Below, piece after piece: positions 31,281 through 41,551 of a DNA stretch of 64,000 nt (its first letter is position 1; each line of letters opens with the position of its first letter). The DNA lies in contig CAWHHI010000011.1 in assembly GCA_963829055.1 (NCBI GenBank), forward strand, positions 576,001 through 640,000. Reading direction: 5' to 3'. Under the pieces are notes generated by a model that did no database searches, had not been told where the DNA came from, and worked only from the letters and a program-made list of their open reading frames with translations. Source of the stretch: an uncultured Gemmatimonadaceae bacterium (lineage in GTDB: Bacteria > Gemmatimonadota > Gemmatimonadetes > Gemmatimonadales > Gemmatimonadaceae). A program made the position numbers and the translations under genes.

Positions 31281-32597
31281 TCATCGATCGGTCCTGCGCT
31301 CGAGGATGATGATGTTCTCGCGCTCCGCCGCGGTCATCGGTGACACGCGTGCGCCCGCCGCAGCACCATCCGGCGGCGGAAGCGGACGCGTCCACCGGAC
31401 GCCCGTGTCGATCACGACACGGGTCACGCGCGCCGTGCCGACGACCGCTCCACGCAACGCGTTCGCATCATGCGCCCTCGGCCCGGCGCCGACATCGAGC
31501 GCGCGCACCAACCTGATCTGGTTCGGCAACGCGGTGTTACCCACGGAGATGCGGGGCGCGGCGCCGGCCAGCAGGAGGAGCGCGCAGACACTCACACCGA
31601 ACGCGCTTCTCGTCGATCGCGCACGCGGAGCCGAGCGCTCGCCGAGGATACGACCGACGCGCCGGACGAGCGGCGAGCCACCCGACTCGACCATCGCCGA
31701 CATCGGATGCAGGCGCGGCGTGTCGTCCACCTCGCGAGCGCGTCCCACCCACTCGGCGACCGCCGCGAGACACTTCGCGAGCGTGACTGGATGACTCGTG
31801 CTCGCGACTGCCCAGTCGTCGCAGAGATACTCCGCGACTTCCTGCATGCGATGCCGGGCCAGGCGGTTGAGCGGTTGCATGAACAACACCATCTCGATCG
31901 CTCGCGCGGCGACGAGCCACTGCGGATCACGACGCACCAGATGCGCGATCTCGTGCGCCAGCATGCTGTCCTGCTCCACCGGCGCGAGCTCCATGAGCGC
32001 ACGTCGCGGCAGACACACCTCGTCGCCCGTGAGCGCGACCGGGCTCGCAATGTGGTCCGAGCATGAGAGCCGAACGTTGCGCCGCACACCGGCGCGCGCC
32101 AGCAACGCCCGCATACGATCGGCGATTGGCGTCGCGTCGAGTGGCGTGCGGCCACCAAGGACCCGGAGCGTTCGGGCGTGGCCGGCGGTGAGCCACAGCA
32201 GTCCCGCGCCCGCGGTCGTAAGCCACAGGATCAGCACTCCGGCCGTCCAGTGCGTCCCCCGCTGGCGCATGAAGAAGACGCGAGGCTCACTTCCCGGCGG
32301 GCCGTCGCGAACCGCGAGCCGCATCGCCGGCACCGCTGAGGGCGCGGTTCTCGGCGCCAGGCGGAGTTGACCTGCGAGCGGCTCGCGCGCGACTGCCGTC
32401 TGCAATGACGCGGTCACGATCCCACCCACGAGCGCGGTCTTCCAGAACAGGTCGCGCGTGGCATCGCCCATCCGCTTCCACGACGTTGCCACCCACGTCG
32501 CGAGGAGGATGAGTGTGCTGTGGACGAGATACGTGAGGAGCCACGCGACGGCGATGTCAGTCCATCGGAGCACGACGAATTCCAGGCTAGCCAGCAT
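31281..32597 (-). CDS. M56 family (BlaR1/MecR1-like) membrane metallopeptidase
   Basis: LAHEIAHLVRRD, EYLCDDWA, LAKCL; coupled to a BlaI-like gene. Confidence 0.9.
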   Translation of the reverse strand: MLASLEFVVLRWTDIAVAWLLTYLVHSTLILLATWVATSWKRMGDATRDLFWKTALVGGIVTASLQTAVAREPLAGQLRLAPRTAPSAVPAMRLAVRDGPPGSEPRVFFMRQRGTHWTAGVLILWLTTAGAGLLWLTAGHARTLRVLGGRTPLDATPIADRMRALLARAGVRRNVRLSCSDHIASPVALTGDEVCLPRRALMELAPVEQDSMLAHEIAHLVRRDPQWLVAARAIEMVLFMQPLNRLARHRMQEVAEYLCDDWAVASTSHPVTLAKCLAAVAEWVGRAREVDDTPRLHPMSAMVESGGSPLVRRVGRILGERSAPRARSTRSAFGVSVCALLLLAGAAPRISVGNTALPNQIRLVRALDVGAGPRAHDANALRGAVVGTARVTRVVIDTGVRWTRPLPPPDGAAAGARVSPMTAAERENIIILERRTDR

Positions 32598-33054
32598 CGC
32601 TGCCACCGTCGTTGGGGGCGGGCTCGCGCGCGGCCGACGCACCGCGCCGAGTTCCGTTCTCCGCTTCGGCGATCATCCGCTTCACGCGGTCGAGGTCACC
32701 GGGATTCATGTCGCGCGAGCGCAGGAGATGGCTCATGAGCGCGGCGGAGCTGCCGTTGAAGAGCAGCTCTGTGAGCTCGGAGACCATCGAGCCGCGCACG
32801 TCCTGTTCGGTGATGAGCGGACGGTAGACGAACTGGCGCCCGTCCAGTCGGTGCTCGACGACGCCGCGCTTCTCGAGGCGCGAGAGGAGCGTCGCGATGG
32901 TTGTTTGCGCGAGATCGCGCTCGGGGCGCAGCCGGTTCTGGACGTCCAACACCGTCGCCTCGGCGCGATCCCACAGGATGCGCATGATGGCGAGTTGGAG
33001 ATCGGTGAGAGAGGTTGGCACGGTTGAGAGGGATGAGGAACCCGGCGCGTTCAT
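32587..33054 (-). CDS. BlaI/MecI/CopY family transcriptional repressor
   Basis: LTDLQLAIMRILW, LAQTTIATLLSRLEKRG, FVYRP, LFNGS. Confidence 0.92.
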   Translation of the reverse strand: MNAPGSSSLSTVPTSLTDLQLAIMRILWDRAEATVLDVQNRLRPERDLAQTTIATLLSRLEKRGVVEHRLDGRQFVYRPLITEQDVRGSMVSELTELLFNGSSAALMSHLLRSRDMNPGDLDRVKRMIAEAENGTRRGASAAREPAPNDGGSDAG

Positions 33055-33083
33055 GGAGTGGCTAGCCGCGTCGTTCACTTTGG

Positions 33084-33112
33084 TGAGACAAGCGCCGCGC
33101 GTCCGGGGTTGC
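33084..33112 (-). promoter_or_regulatory. Putative ECF-sigma promoter
   Basis: Minus strand GCAACCC-N16-GTCTCA about 30 nt upstream of the BlaI-like gene. Confidence 0.5.
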
Positions 33113-33268
33113 CGATCACCGCGCAATCGCGGTCGTCATCAGGGTTGCGCCGGCGAACCCGTGCTCCAAAGTTGTTCGCGCCAATCCATACCTGAGCTGC
33201 CGTCCGCCTTCGGAGCGCGCACTCCGCAGACGGATCGGTCCATTCTCTACATCGAGGAGTCGCACCTG

Positions 33269-34150
33269 ATGATTCGCATCCCGTTCCACGCGACGGCCGC
33301 CGCGGCCATCGCCGTTCTGGCGTCTGGCTGCGCGAAGACCGAAACGAAACCGGCGGCTGATTCCGCCGCGAGCGTTGCTACACCCGCACCGGCGCCTGCT
33401 GCCACCGCGAACACGGTCAACTTTACCGCAAAGGAATTCGCGTTCGAGGGGCCGGACACGATTCCCGCGGGGCTCACGGCGTTTCACCTGACCGACGCTG
33501 GTAAGGAGTTGCACCACGTCGCGCTCATCAAGCTCGATCAGGGGAAGACGTACGCCGATCTGCAGACCGCGTTCAAGGCAGGTGGTGGTCCACCACCGGC
33601 GTGGGCGGTGGCGTACGGCGGTGTGAACCCGCCGGCGCCGGGCGAGTCGGCTACAGCCATGCAAGTGATGGAACCGGGCAACTATGCGGTGGTCTGCTTC
33701 GTCGAAGGCGCGGATCATGTCCCGCACATGGCAAAGGGCATGATGAAGCCGCTCACGGTGACGGCATCGGCGAACGCGAACATGACCGAGCCGACGGCCG
33801 ACGTCACGCTGACGCTCAGCGACTACAAGTTCGTTCTCTCGAAGCCGCTCGTCGCGGGCAAGCAGATGATCAAGGTCGAGAACGAAGCTACGCAGCCGCA
33901 CGAGGTCGTGCTGGTTCAGCTGGCGCCGGGGAAGACGATCGAGGACGTCGGCAAGTGGGTCATGGACATGAAGGGCCCGCCGCCGGGAAAGCCGATTGGT
34001 GGCATCCCGGGGTTCATGGCCGGGAAGAACACGTACTTCGAGGTGAACCTCGCGCCGGGCGACTACGGAATGATCTGCTTCATAGGGGATGCGAAGGACG
34101 GCAAGCCGCACTTCGCGCACGGCATGGCGCAGACGTTCAAGATCAGCTGA
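33269..34150 (+). CDS. Lipoprotein with two tandem cupredoxin-like domains
   Basis: GAGGAG RBS; lipobox LASGC; H...PGNYAVVCFV...HMAKGM and PHE...PGDYGMICFI...HFAHGM. Confidence 0.8.
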   Translation: MIRIPFHATAAAAIAVLASGCAKTETKPAADSAASVATPAPAPAATANTVNFTAKEFAFEGPDTIPAGLTAFHLTDAGKELHHVALIKLDQGKTYADLQTAFKAGGGPPPAWAVAYGGVNPPAPGESATAMQVMEPGNYAVVCFVEGADHVPHMAKGMMKPLTVTASANANMTEPTADVTLTLSDYKFVLSKPLVAGKQMIKVENEATQPHEVVLVQLAPGKTIEDVGKWVMDMKGPPPGKPIGGIPGFMAGKNTYFEVNLAPGDYGMICFIGDAKDGKPHFAHGMAQTFKIS

Positions 34151-34179
34151 GCCCAGAGGGAGGCCTTAGGAAGGAGGCC

Positions 34180-34366
34180 GGAGGAAGGAGGGCGGACGGC
34201 GGATGGCGGACGTCGAGGCGGAGCGTGTCATCCCGAGCGTCGCGCGAGGGATCTTCTGCGACGTCATCGTGGCAGCCTCGCCACGAGGACGTCGAGAAGA
34301 TCCCTCGCTGCGCTGCTCGGGCTGACACGCTCGGCATGCCATCCGCCGTCCGCCGTCCGCCCTCCG
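34180..34366. repeat. Divergent family-A palindrome flanked by inverted GGCGGAC-type heptamer tracts
   Basis: GTCATCCCGAGCG...GAGGGATCTTCT/AGAAGATCCCTC...CTCGGGCTGAC between convergent genes. Confidence 0.7.
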
Positions 34367-34388
34367 AAGGCCGCCTCCTTCCTACGGC

Positions 34389-35384
34389 CTATTTCTTTGG
34401 TGGAGGCGGCGGCGGCGTTAGGCTCGCCTTCCATGCCGCCTCGAGTCCCGGGACGTCGTGCGGCAGTGACTTCGCCTGGGCGAGGGTGGCGCTGAGTGGC
34501 TCGCCGCGCCGCGTTCGGTCGACGACCTGCCTGATGATCCCGCGGCCCTCACGGGCCCACATGAACTCGACCAGGCTCGCGGACTGGAGCGCAGCCAGCG
34601 TCTCCCGCGGTTGTTTCCGGAGGTTCTGCGGCTGAACCGGCCGGCCACGGGAGTCGACCCGACTCTGGTCCATCCCGCTGAGCGCTCCTTCACTCGACAC
34701 ACCGGCAGGAATGGAGGATTCGGGGATCGACATCTGCACGAGCGTGTCGATCGGTACGAGGTCGCCCAGCTGCGACGCGAGCTGCGCGTTGCGATTACGA
34801 GACGACGGGTACCCAGTCACGAGCTGCGTCGCACCGGCGACAATCCAGTCCGGCAGCGGGCTCGCGCCCACCGCCGTATCCGCGCTCAGAACCCACTGCC
34901 GCGCGACCTTGTTACGCACCGACGACACCAGGAACCTCGCGATCGGGAGCGGATTTCCTTCGCGGTCTCGCGGAATGTTCACGTGCTCCCACACGATGAT
35001 CTTGGCTCCCGACGTTCGCACGACGCTATCCATGGCCGCGCTGTCCGCGGGCTGCACGATCAGGCCAACGGCCGTTCTGGGCGGAAGCGTCTGGAAGTAG
35101 CGACGATATGGTAGCTGCGCGTCGTCGAGCAGCAGGAAGATGCCGCCCAGCAGGGAGCGATCGCGTGAGGCGACGACGATGTCGCTGCTGTCCAGCACGG
35201 AGAAATGATCGTTCGCGCCGATCGGCACGACCTTGACGGTCGGCTCGAATCCGGGAATCCCGGTCGTTTCGGGGGGCGGCCCTGAGGAGCACGCCAACGC
35301 GAGTGCCAGCAGGAAGGTCGCGCTCGTCAGGCTCGTGAGGCGTACTACGGGTCGTCGCACCGCGTCCATCTGGATTCCTGGCAT
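34389..35384 (-). CDS. Hypothetical lipoprotein
   Basis: Lipobox LALAC; long ORF; start uncertain. Confidence 0.6.
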   Translation of the reverse strand: MPGIQMDAVRRPVVRLTSLTSATFLLALALACSSGPPPETTGIPGFEPTVKVVPIGANDHFSVLDSSDIVVASRDRSLLGGIFLLLDDAQLPYRRYFQTLPPRTAVGLIVQPADSAAMDSVVRTSGAKIIVWEHVNIPRDREGNPLPIARFLVSSVRNKVARQWVLSADTAVGASPLPDWIVAGATQLVTGYPSSRNRNAQLASQLGDLVPIDTLVQMSIPESSIPAGVSSEGALSGMDQSRVDSRGRPVQPQNLRKQPRETLAALQSASLVEFMWAREGRGIIRQVVDRTRRGEPLSATLAQAKSLPHDVPGLEAAWKASLTPPPPPPKK

Positions 35385-35497
35385 CGCGTTCTCAGTCCGT
35401 TCCGGTTTTGGGTCTGTCGGAAGCGTTCGGGGGGCCGTCCGCCGGGGTCTACTCCCAATGGGCCCGCCGGTTCCCTCGCTTTCCGGCCTCGACAAGT

Positions 35498-36322
35498 CTA
35501 GTGCCTCGGCACCAGTGCGACGACCCGCACGGGACCGCCGGAGCCGCCTTCGATCTTCATGGGCAGCGCGAACAGGAGCGCCCCGGTGGCGGGCAGCAGG
35601 TTCAGGTTCGTGAGGTTCTCGATGCCGGGAACGTCGGCGGCGGCCGCGATGCGGTGGACCATGAAGTCCTGCGACGCGCCGTAGTCGATGGACGCGGCGT
35701 CCACGCCAATGGCAGCCGCACGGCGCTCCTGAATCAGAAGCCTGGCGGCTTCGACGCCGTAGCTCGGGAAGTGGAGCTTGGAGGCGTCGTTTGGCGTGTC
35801 ATCGCCCATGTACGATTTCTTGTCAGGCCAGCGCGTGCTCCATCCGGTGCGCAGCAGCACGATCGTCCCGGGCGGAATGCGGCCGTTCGTGCGCTCGAAC
35901 GCGAGGACGTCGTCACGCGTTAGGCGGTAGTCCTGGTCAGCCCGGGTCCGCGCCGTGACGTCGATCACGACCGCCGGCGCGATGAGCCGGTCGAGCGGCA
36001 CGCGGTCGACGGTGAGGTGCCCTTCGCCGAAGTGGATCGGGGCGTCGAGGTGGGTGCCGCCGTGCTCGGGAGCCGAAAACGCGAACGACGAGTAGAACCA
36101 GCCGCCCGGCGTCTGTCCGTACGACAGGCTGTCGAGCTTGAACGTCGTCGGCGACGTCGGCCAGTAGATGGTCTTCGCGTTGAGCGCGTGCGTGAGATCG
36201 ACCGTTCGATAGCTCCGCAGGTCGAGCGTCTGCGCGCCCACGCCGCGCGCCCACGCCGGTATGACCGACGCGAGCACGAGCGCAACGGCGAACACGCGAG
36301 CCTGACGACGTCCGGGGTTCAT
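35498..36322 (-). CDS. Cyclase family (kynurenine formamidase-like) metal-dependent hydrolase, exported
   Basis: VDLTH, EHGGTHLDAPIHF, LLRTGW, GVDAASID, IENL, GGSGGPVR; signal peptide. Confidence 0.9.
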   Translation of the reverse strand: MNPGRRQARVFAVALVLASVIPAWARGVGAQTLDLRSYRTVDLTHALNAKTIYWPTSPTTFKLDSLSYGQTPGGWFYSSFAFSAPEHGGTHLDAPIHFGEGHLTVDRVPLDRLIAPAVVIDVTARTRADQDYRLTRDDVLAFERTNGRIPPGTIVLLRTGWSTRWPDKKSYMGDDTPNDASKLHFPSYGVEAARLLIQERRAAAIGVDAASIDYGASQDFMVHRIAAAADVPGIENLTNLNLLPATGALLFALPMKIEGGSGGPVRVVALVPRH

Positions 36323-36629
36323 TGTTTCCTCCCTGTCGTTATCCGGCGCAACCGCGGTCTGCGGTCGCGCTTGTGTGAGCCGCGTCCATGAAGCAAGGGC
36401 GACGCAGCTTGCGGCTGTGCAGCCCATATAAAAGGTATGGCAACCAACGCGGCGCTCAGCGCTAGCGGATATGCGCCGTCGTATCGTGGAGGGCAAGCGC
36501 GAGAAGAGAACACGGAGGCAACACGCACGCGCCACACCGTATCGCAACGCTCGAACGAACCCTCCTAACGGCAGAGGTAGGCACGGTAAGTGGTCGTCCC
36601 GTTGTGATCCCAATGGACTACCTCTTGCT

Positions 36630-36830
36630 CAATGCACGAAGGTGAACAACTCGAACCCGCAGCTCGCGGTTCGGACCGCTGGCACCACGACGAGCCTGAC
36701 CGGCTTTTCGCCGTCGTTCGCCGCGAACGGGACATACACCGTGATCGTTACAGGCACGGCCGCGTCGCCGGTGTTCACGACGCTGAACGATGAGTTCATC
36801 ACGCCGACCAGCGGGTCGGCTCCGCCACGC
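36630..36830 (+). pseudogene. Gene fragment resembling a DUF4397-type beta-sandwich segment
   Basis: Coding-like stretch NPQLAVRTAGTTTSLTGFSPSFAANGTYTVIVTGTAASPVFTTLNDEF with no credible start or end. Confidence 0.4.
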
Positions 36831-36909
36831 CTAACGTCGACGTGCCATTGCGGCGTATGTCCGCGTCGTCGTACCTGACGGCTCGCGCCGCCAGGCAGGA
36901 GGATTTCCC

Positions 36910-37884
36910 ATGACGACCCTCGAACGTCACGAGCCGCAACCGGCGACCGCAGAAGAGCCGACACAGGTCGCACCGGGCCTGGCTTACCTGAGAGACCGTA
37001 TCGTGAACGTGGCGTTCATCGCGTCGTCCGATGGACGTGACGGTGAGTGGGTGCTCGTAGACGCCGGGCTCCCCGGTGCGGCATCGCGCATCGTCCGAGC
37101 CGCCGAGTCGCTGTTCGGTGCAGGCGCGACTCCGGCGGCCATCGTCCTCACGCACGGCCACTTCGACCATGTCGGGTCGCTGCGTGAGCTGGTCCGGCGC
37201 TGGCAGGTGCCGGTGTACGCCCACGAGCTCGAGTTGCCGTACCTGACGGGCCGCTCGTCCTATCCACCGCCGGATCCGGCGGTGGGCGGGGGAGCGATGG
37301 CGACGATGTCGCGCTTCTTCCCACGCAAGCCCATCGACCTTGGCGACTCGGTGCAGCCGCTCCCGAAAGATGGAACTGTTCCCGTGATCGGGGAGTGGCG
37401 ATGGCTCCATACACCGGGGCACGCGCCGGGCCACGTCTCGTTGTTTCGCGACTACGATCGCGCGCTCGTCGCTGGAGATGCGTTCGTCACGACGAAGCAG
37501 GAATCACTGTGGGCGGCGATGACACAGCGGCCCGAGGTCCACGGACCGCCGGCGTACTTCACCATGGATTGGACGGCGGCCGAGTCGTCGGTCGATGATC
37601 TCGTGGCGTTGCGGCCGAGCGTCGCGGTGACGGGCCACGGCATGGCCATGCGCGGTGAGCGGCTCGAGCGCGAGCTGCGCGAGCTATCGATGAACTTCCG
37701 CGACCGGGAGGTGCCTCGACGTGGTCGGTACGTCGGCCATCCGGCGGTCGCCGATCGCTCCGGCGTCATCTTCGTTCCGCCGCCCGTCGCTGACGTCGTC
37801 GGCCGCACGGTGACTGGCGTCGCCGCGGCCGCGGTGGCGCTGGTGACACTCGCCGCCGTTAGGCGGCGGAGCAACGGCGGATAG
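36910..37884 (+). CDS. MBL-fold metallo-hydrolase
   Basis: LVDAG, THGHFDHVG, HTPGHAPGH, AGDA, TGHG; GGAGG RBS. Confidence 0.92.
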   Translation: MTTLERHEPQPATAEEPTQVAPGLAYLRDRIVNVAFIASSDGRDGEWVLVDAGLPGAASRIVRAAESLFGAGATPAAIVLTHGHFDHVGSLRELVRRWQVPVYAHELELPYLTGRSSYPPPDPAVGGGAMATMSRFFPRKPIDLGDSVQPLPKDGTVPVIGEWRWLHTPGHAPGHVSLFRDYDRALVAGDAFVTTKQESLWAAMTQRPEVHGPPAYFTMDWTAAESSVDDLVALRPSVAVTGHGMAMRGERLERELRELSMNFRDREVPRRGRYVGHPAVADRSGVIFVPPPVADVVGRTVTGVAAAAVALVTLAAVRRRSNGG

Positions 37885-38182
37885 CAGCACGCGAGCGGAT
37901 AGCATCACACGACCAGGAGGCGCGATCGCACGGTGCGATCGCGCCTCCGCGCGCATGACGGATCACTGTCTCCAGCTTCATAAACGCTCCATGAATACCT
38001 GCCCCGACCGTCTGATTCGTTAGGCGGCGACGGTCCGGCAGGTCATTCGGCGGTGCCCGCAACAGGACGCGGCCCGGCGCGGTTCCTGCACTAGATATAG
38101 TTGCGATACAGACCTTATTGCTTTGGACAGCAACTGTGCAGCTCAGCAGTATTCGCTGCACGGGCCAGGAGGTGCGTCGGAA

Positions 38183-40082
38183 ATGGCTTGCGACCGGGCA
38201 ATGTTGAACGTCTCGAAATGCGGCCGAGTGGGCACGCTGCTGTTGGTGGCCGCGCTCTGCGGGTGCACGCGCGAGATCCCGCGGTCTGCCGAAGCCGAAA
38301 CCGCGTCGGCGCGACCTGCCACCACAACCGCCTCCAGCACGCCGTCCGCGACGGGCGCGCGCGCGGAGATCACCATCCCGGGCCGAGACGCTGAGGACGG
38401 GCAGTGGATCCGACCGGCGAAGGACTACGCGAGCACGCGGTTCAGCGGACTCGATCAGATCACGACCGCCAACGCCGCCTCACTCAAGCTCGCGTGGAGC
38501 TTCTCGACCGGCGTGCTGCGCGGGCAGGAGGCGGCGCCGCTCGTCGTGGGCAGCACGATGTACGTCGTGACGCCGTATCCGAACATCCTCTACGCGCTCG
38601 ATCTCTCGAAGCCCGGCGCGCCGGCGAAATGGAAGTACGAGCCGAAGCCGCTCGCCGCCTCGCAGGGCGTCGCGTGCTGCGACGTCGTGAACCGCGGCGC
38701 CGTCTACGACAACGGCAAGATCTTCTACAACACGCTCGACAATCAGACGGTCGCCGTCGACGCGAACACCGGGAAGGAGCTGTGGCGCACGCAGCTCGGT
38801 GACATCAACAACGGCGAGACGATCACGATGGCGCCGCTCGTCGTGAAGGGGAAAGTTCTCGTCGGCAACAGTGGCGGCGAGATGGGTGTGCGCGGATGGC
38901 TCACGGCCCTCGATGCCGGCACCGGCAGAGTGGCGTGGCGCGCGTATCACACCGGGCCCGACTCGCTCGTGCTCATCGGCTCGCGCTTCAAGCCGTTCTA
39001 CAAGAGCGATCAGGGCAAGGACCTGGGCGTGAAGACGTGGCCGCCCGACAAGTGGAAGCAGGGCGGCGCCGGCGCGTGGGGGTGGATCTCGTACGACGCG
39101 GCGCTCGACCTGATCTACTACGGCACGGCCAATCCGGGACCATGGAATCCCGAGCATGCGGCCCGGCGACAACAAGTGGTCGTCGACGACGTTCGCGCGC
39201 GACCCCGATACGGGTGAAGCGGTGTGGGCGTACCAGGTCACGCCGCACGATCTGCACGACTACGACGGCATCAACGAGAGCATCCTGCTCGACCTGCCAT
39301 GGAACGGGCAGCAACGCCGAGTGCTCGTGCGGCCAGAGCGAGATGGCTATGTGTACGTGCAGGACCGCGCGACCGGCGAGGTGCTGGCGGCCGACACGTT
39401 CGGCGTCGTCAACTCCACGTTAGGCGTCGATCTCAAGACGGGCCGTCCGGCGGTCAACAAGGAGAAGGAGCCCATCACCGGACAGGTCGTGCGGATGATC
39501 TGCCCGGCGTCACCGGGTACGAAGGACTGGCAGCCGTCGGCGTTCTCGCCGCGCACGGGGCTCATCTACATCCCGCACCAGAACCTGTGCATGGACGTCG
39601 AGAGCGTGGAGGCGAACTACATCGCCGGCACGCCGTACGTGGGCATGAACGTGAAGATGTACGCCGGACCGGGCGGGCACCGCGGCGAGTTCGACGCGTG
39701 GGACCCGATCGCGCGGAAGAAAGTATGGAGCCTCAAGGAGAACTTCCCGGTCTGGAGCGGAGCGCTCGTGACGGCGGGCGATGTCGCGTTCTACGGCACC
39801 ATGGACGGGTGGTTCAAGGCGGTCGACGCGCGCACCGGCAAGCAACTCTGGCAAACGAAGCTGGGCTCGGGGATCATCGGACAGCCGATCACGTACCGCG
39901 GCCCTGATGGCAAACAGTACGTGGCGATACTCGCCGGCGTCGGTGGTTGGACGGGCGCCATCGTCTCCGGAGGGCTCGACCCGCGTGACTCGAGCGCCGC
40001 GCTCGGGATGGTGAACGCGATGCGCGACCTGCCTAACGCCACGACCAAGGGAGGGACGCTCTACGTCTTCGCGTTGCCATGA
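38183..40082 (+). CDS. xoxF: PQQ-dependent methanol/ethanol-family dehydrogenase, lanthanide-type XoxF-like (frameshift near 39155)
   Basis: CCDVVNRG vicinal disulfide, SGGEMGVRG, ANPGPWN, RPGDNKWS, HDYDGINE (D-x-D), lipobox ALCGC; adjacent xoxJ- and xoxG-like genes. Confidence 0.85.
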
Positions 40083-40961
40083 TCACGCCCATGATCACGC
40101 CTCGGAATGTTGCATTGGCCATGGTGACGTCGGTCGCGACGCTGCTCGGAACGGCAGGCACCACGACGGGCTCGGCCCGCCCGCTTCGCGTCTGCGCTGA
40201 CCCGAACAACCTGCCCTTCTCCGACTCGACCGGCGCGGGGTTCGAGAACCGGCTCGCCTCGCTCGTCGCCAGCGAGATGAAGACGACGGTGGCGTATACG
40301 TGGTGGGCGCAACGGCGCGGCTTCGTCCGCAACACGCTCAACGCGCAGGAGTGCGACGTCGTCATGGGCGTGCCCGCGTCGTTCGAGCTGACCGCGGTCA
40401 CGCGCCCGTACTACCGCTCGTCCTACGTCTTCGTCTCACGCCGCGACCGCGGGCTGCATGTCCGCTCGCTCGACGACCCGGCGCTCAGGCGCCTCACGAT
40501 CGGCGTGCAGCTCGTCGGAGACGACTACGCGAACACACCACCCGCCCATGCGCTCGCGCGGCGCGGCATCGTCCAGAACGTGCGCGGGTACCAGGTACAG
40601 GGAGACTATCGCCAGCAGTCGCCGCCGGCACGCATCGTCGACGCCGTCGCCAACGGCGACGTGGACATCGCGCTCGCGTGGGGACCGCTCGCCGGATACT
40701 TCGCGTCACGCGAGCGCGTGCCGCTGGATGTCGTGCCGGTGTCGCCGGAGTTCGACTCCGCCTTCGCTGCCGTTCGTGTTCGACATCTCGATGGGCGTGC
40801 GACGCGCGGACCGCACGCTTCGCGATACGCTCGACGCGATTCTCGTCCGGCGCCGTTCGTCGATCGACAGCCTGCTCCGCGCCTACGGCGTTCCGCTGGT
40901 GAACGCGAAGCGGTCGGCGTCGACGAACAGCGCGCCACGTCCAGGCCGGGAGGTCCAATGA
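40079..40961 (+). CDS. MoxJ/XoxJ-like quinoprotein dehydrogenase-associated substrate-binding protein (frameshift near 40760)
   Basis: LRVCADPNNLPFS, GFENR, RRGFVRNTL, PYYRSSYVF, WGPLAGY, FDISMGVR. Confidence 0.88.
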
Positions 40962-41551
40962 TCGCCCGCACCGCTTCACGCCGAGAGCGCTCGCGTGCGC
41001 AACGCTGTTGTCGTCGCCATCGCGCTCGCCGCCATGCAGCCGGGTGCAAACGCGAGGAGCGACGATTCGACGCCGAGGCGCCGTCGGCACCGGCCTACGC
41101 CGCGGTCGCGCAGGACACGCTGCAGCCTGGAGTGCCCAGGCCCGACATCGACGTCGTCAATTCGTCCGAGAAGAACGCGTACGACATCTCCGAGGGCAAA
41201 CGACTGTTCGAGCAGTGGAACTGCAGCGGCTGCCACTCGCACGGCGGCGGTGGAATGGGGCCGCCGCTGATGGATGACGAGTGGATCTACGGTAGCGATC
41301 CGGAGAACATCGTCGCCACGATCGTCGAGGGCCGGCCTAACGGGATGCCGTCGTTCCGCGCGCGGATCACGAACCAGCAGCTGTGGGAGATCGCTGCGTA
41401 CGTGCGTTCGATGGCCGGGCTGACACCCAAGGCTCCGAGTCCGGGGCGTGATGACGACATGCAGTACAAGGTGGACGAGCAGCGTACGGCGGCGCAGCCA
41501 CCCCGTGCGTCGGCATCGCGCGGCACGCCGCCGAAGTCGGAAAAGCCATGA
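40958..41551 (+). CDS. Monoheme cytochrome c (XoxG/cytochrome cL-like), probable lipoprotein
   Basis: EGKRLF..NCSGCH..GGGGMGPPLMDDEWIYG, GRPNGMPSF; N-terminus seems to carry compensating frameshifts. Confidence 0.85.
   Translation: MIARTASRRERSRAQRCCRRHRARRHAAGCKREERRFDAEAPSAPAYAAVAQDTLQPGVPRPDIDVVNSSEKNAYDISEGKRLFEQWNCSGCHSHGGGGMGPPLMDDEWIYGSDPENIVATIVEGRPNGMPSFRARITNQQLWEIAAYVRSMAGLTPKAPSPGRDDDMQYKVDEQRTAAQPPRASASRGTPPKSEKP

Noticed and set aside
40079..41551. 490-aa apparent XoxJ-cytochrome c fusion
   Set aside because: Frameshift near 40760; XoxJ ends at 40961 and the cytochrome has its own GGAGG RBS and ATG at 40958.
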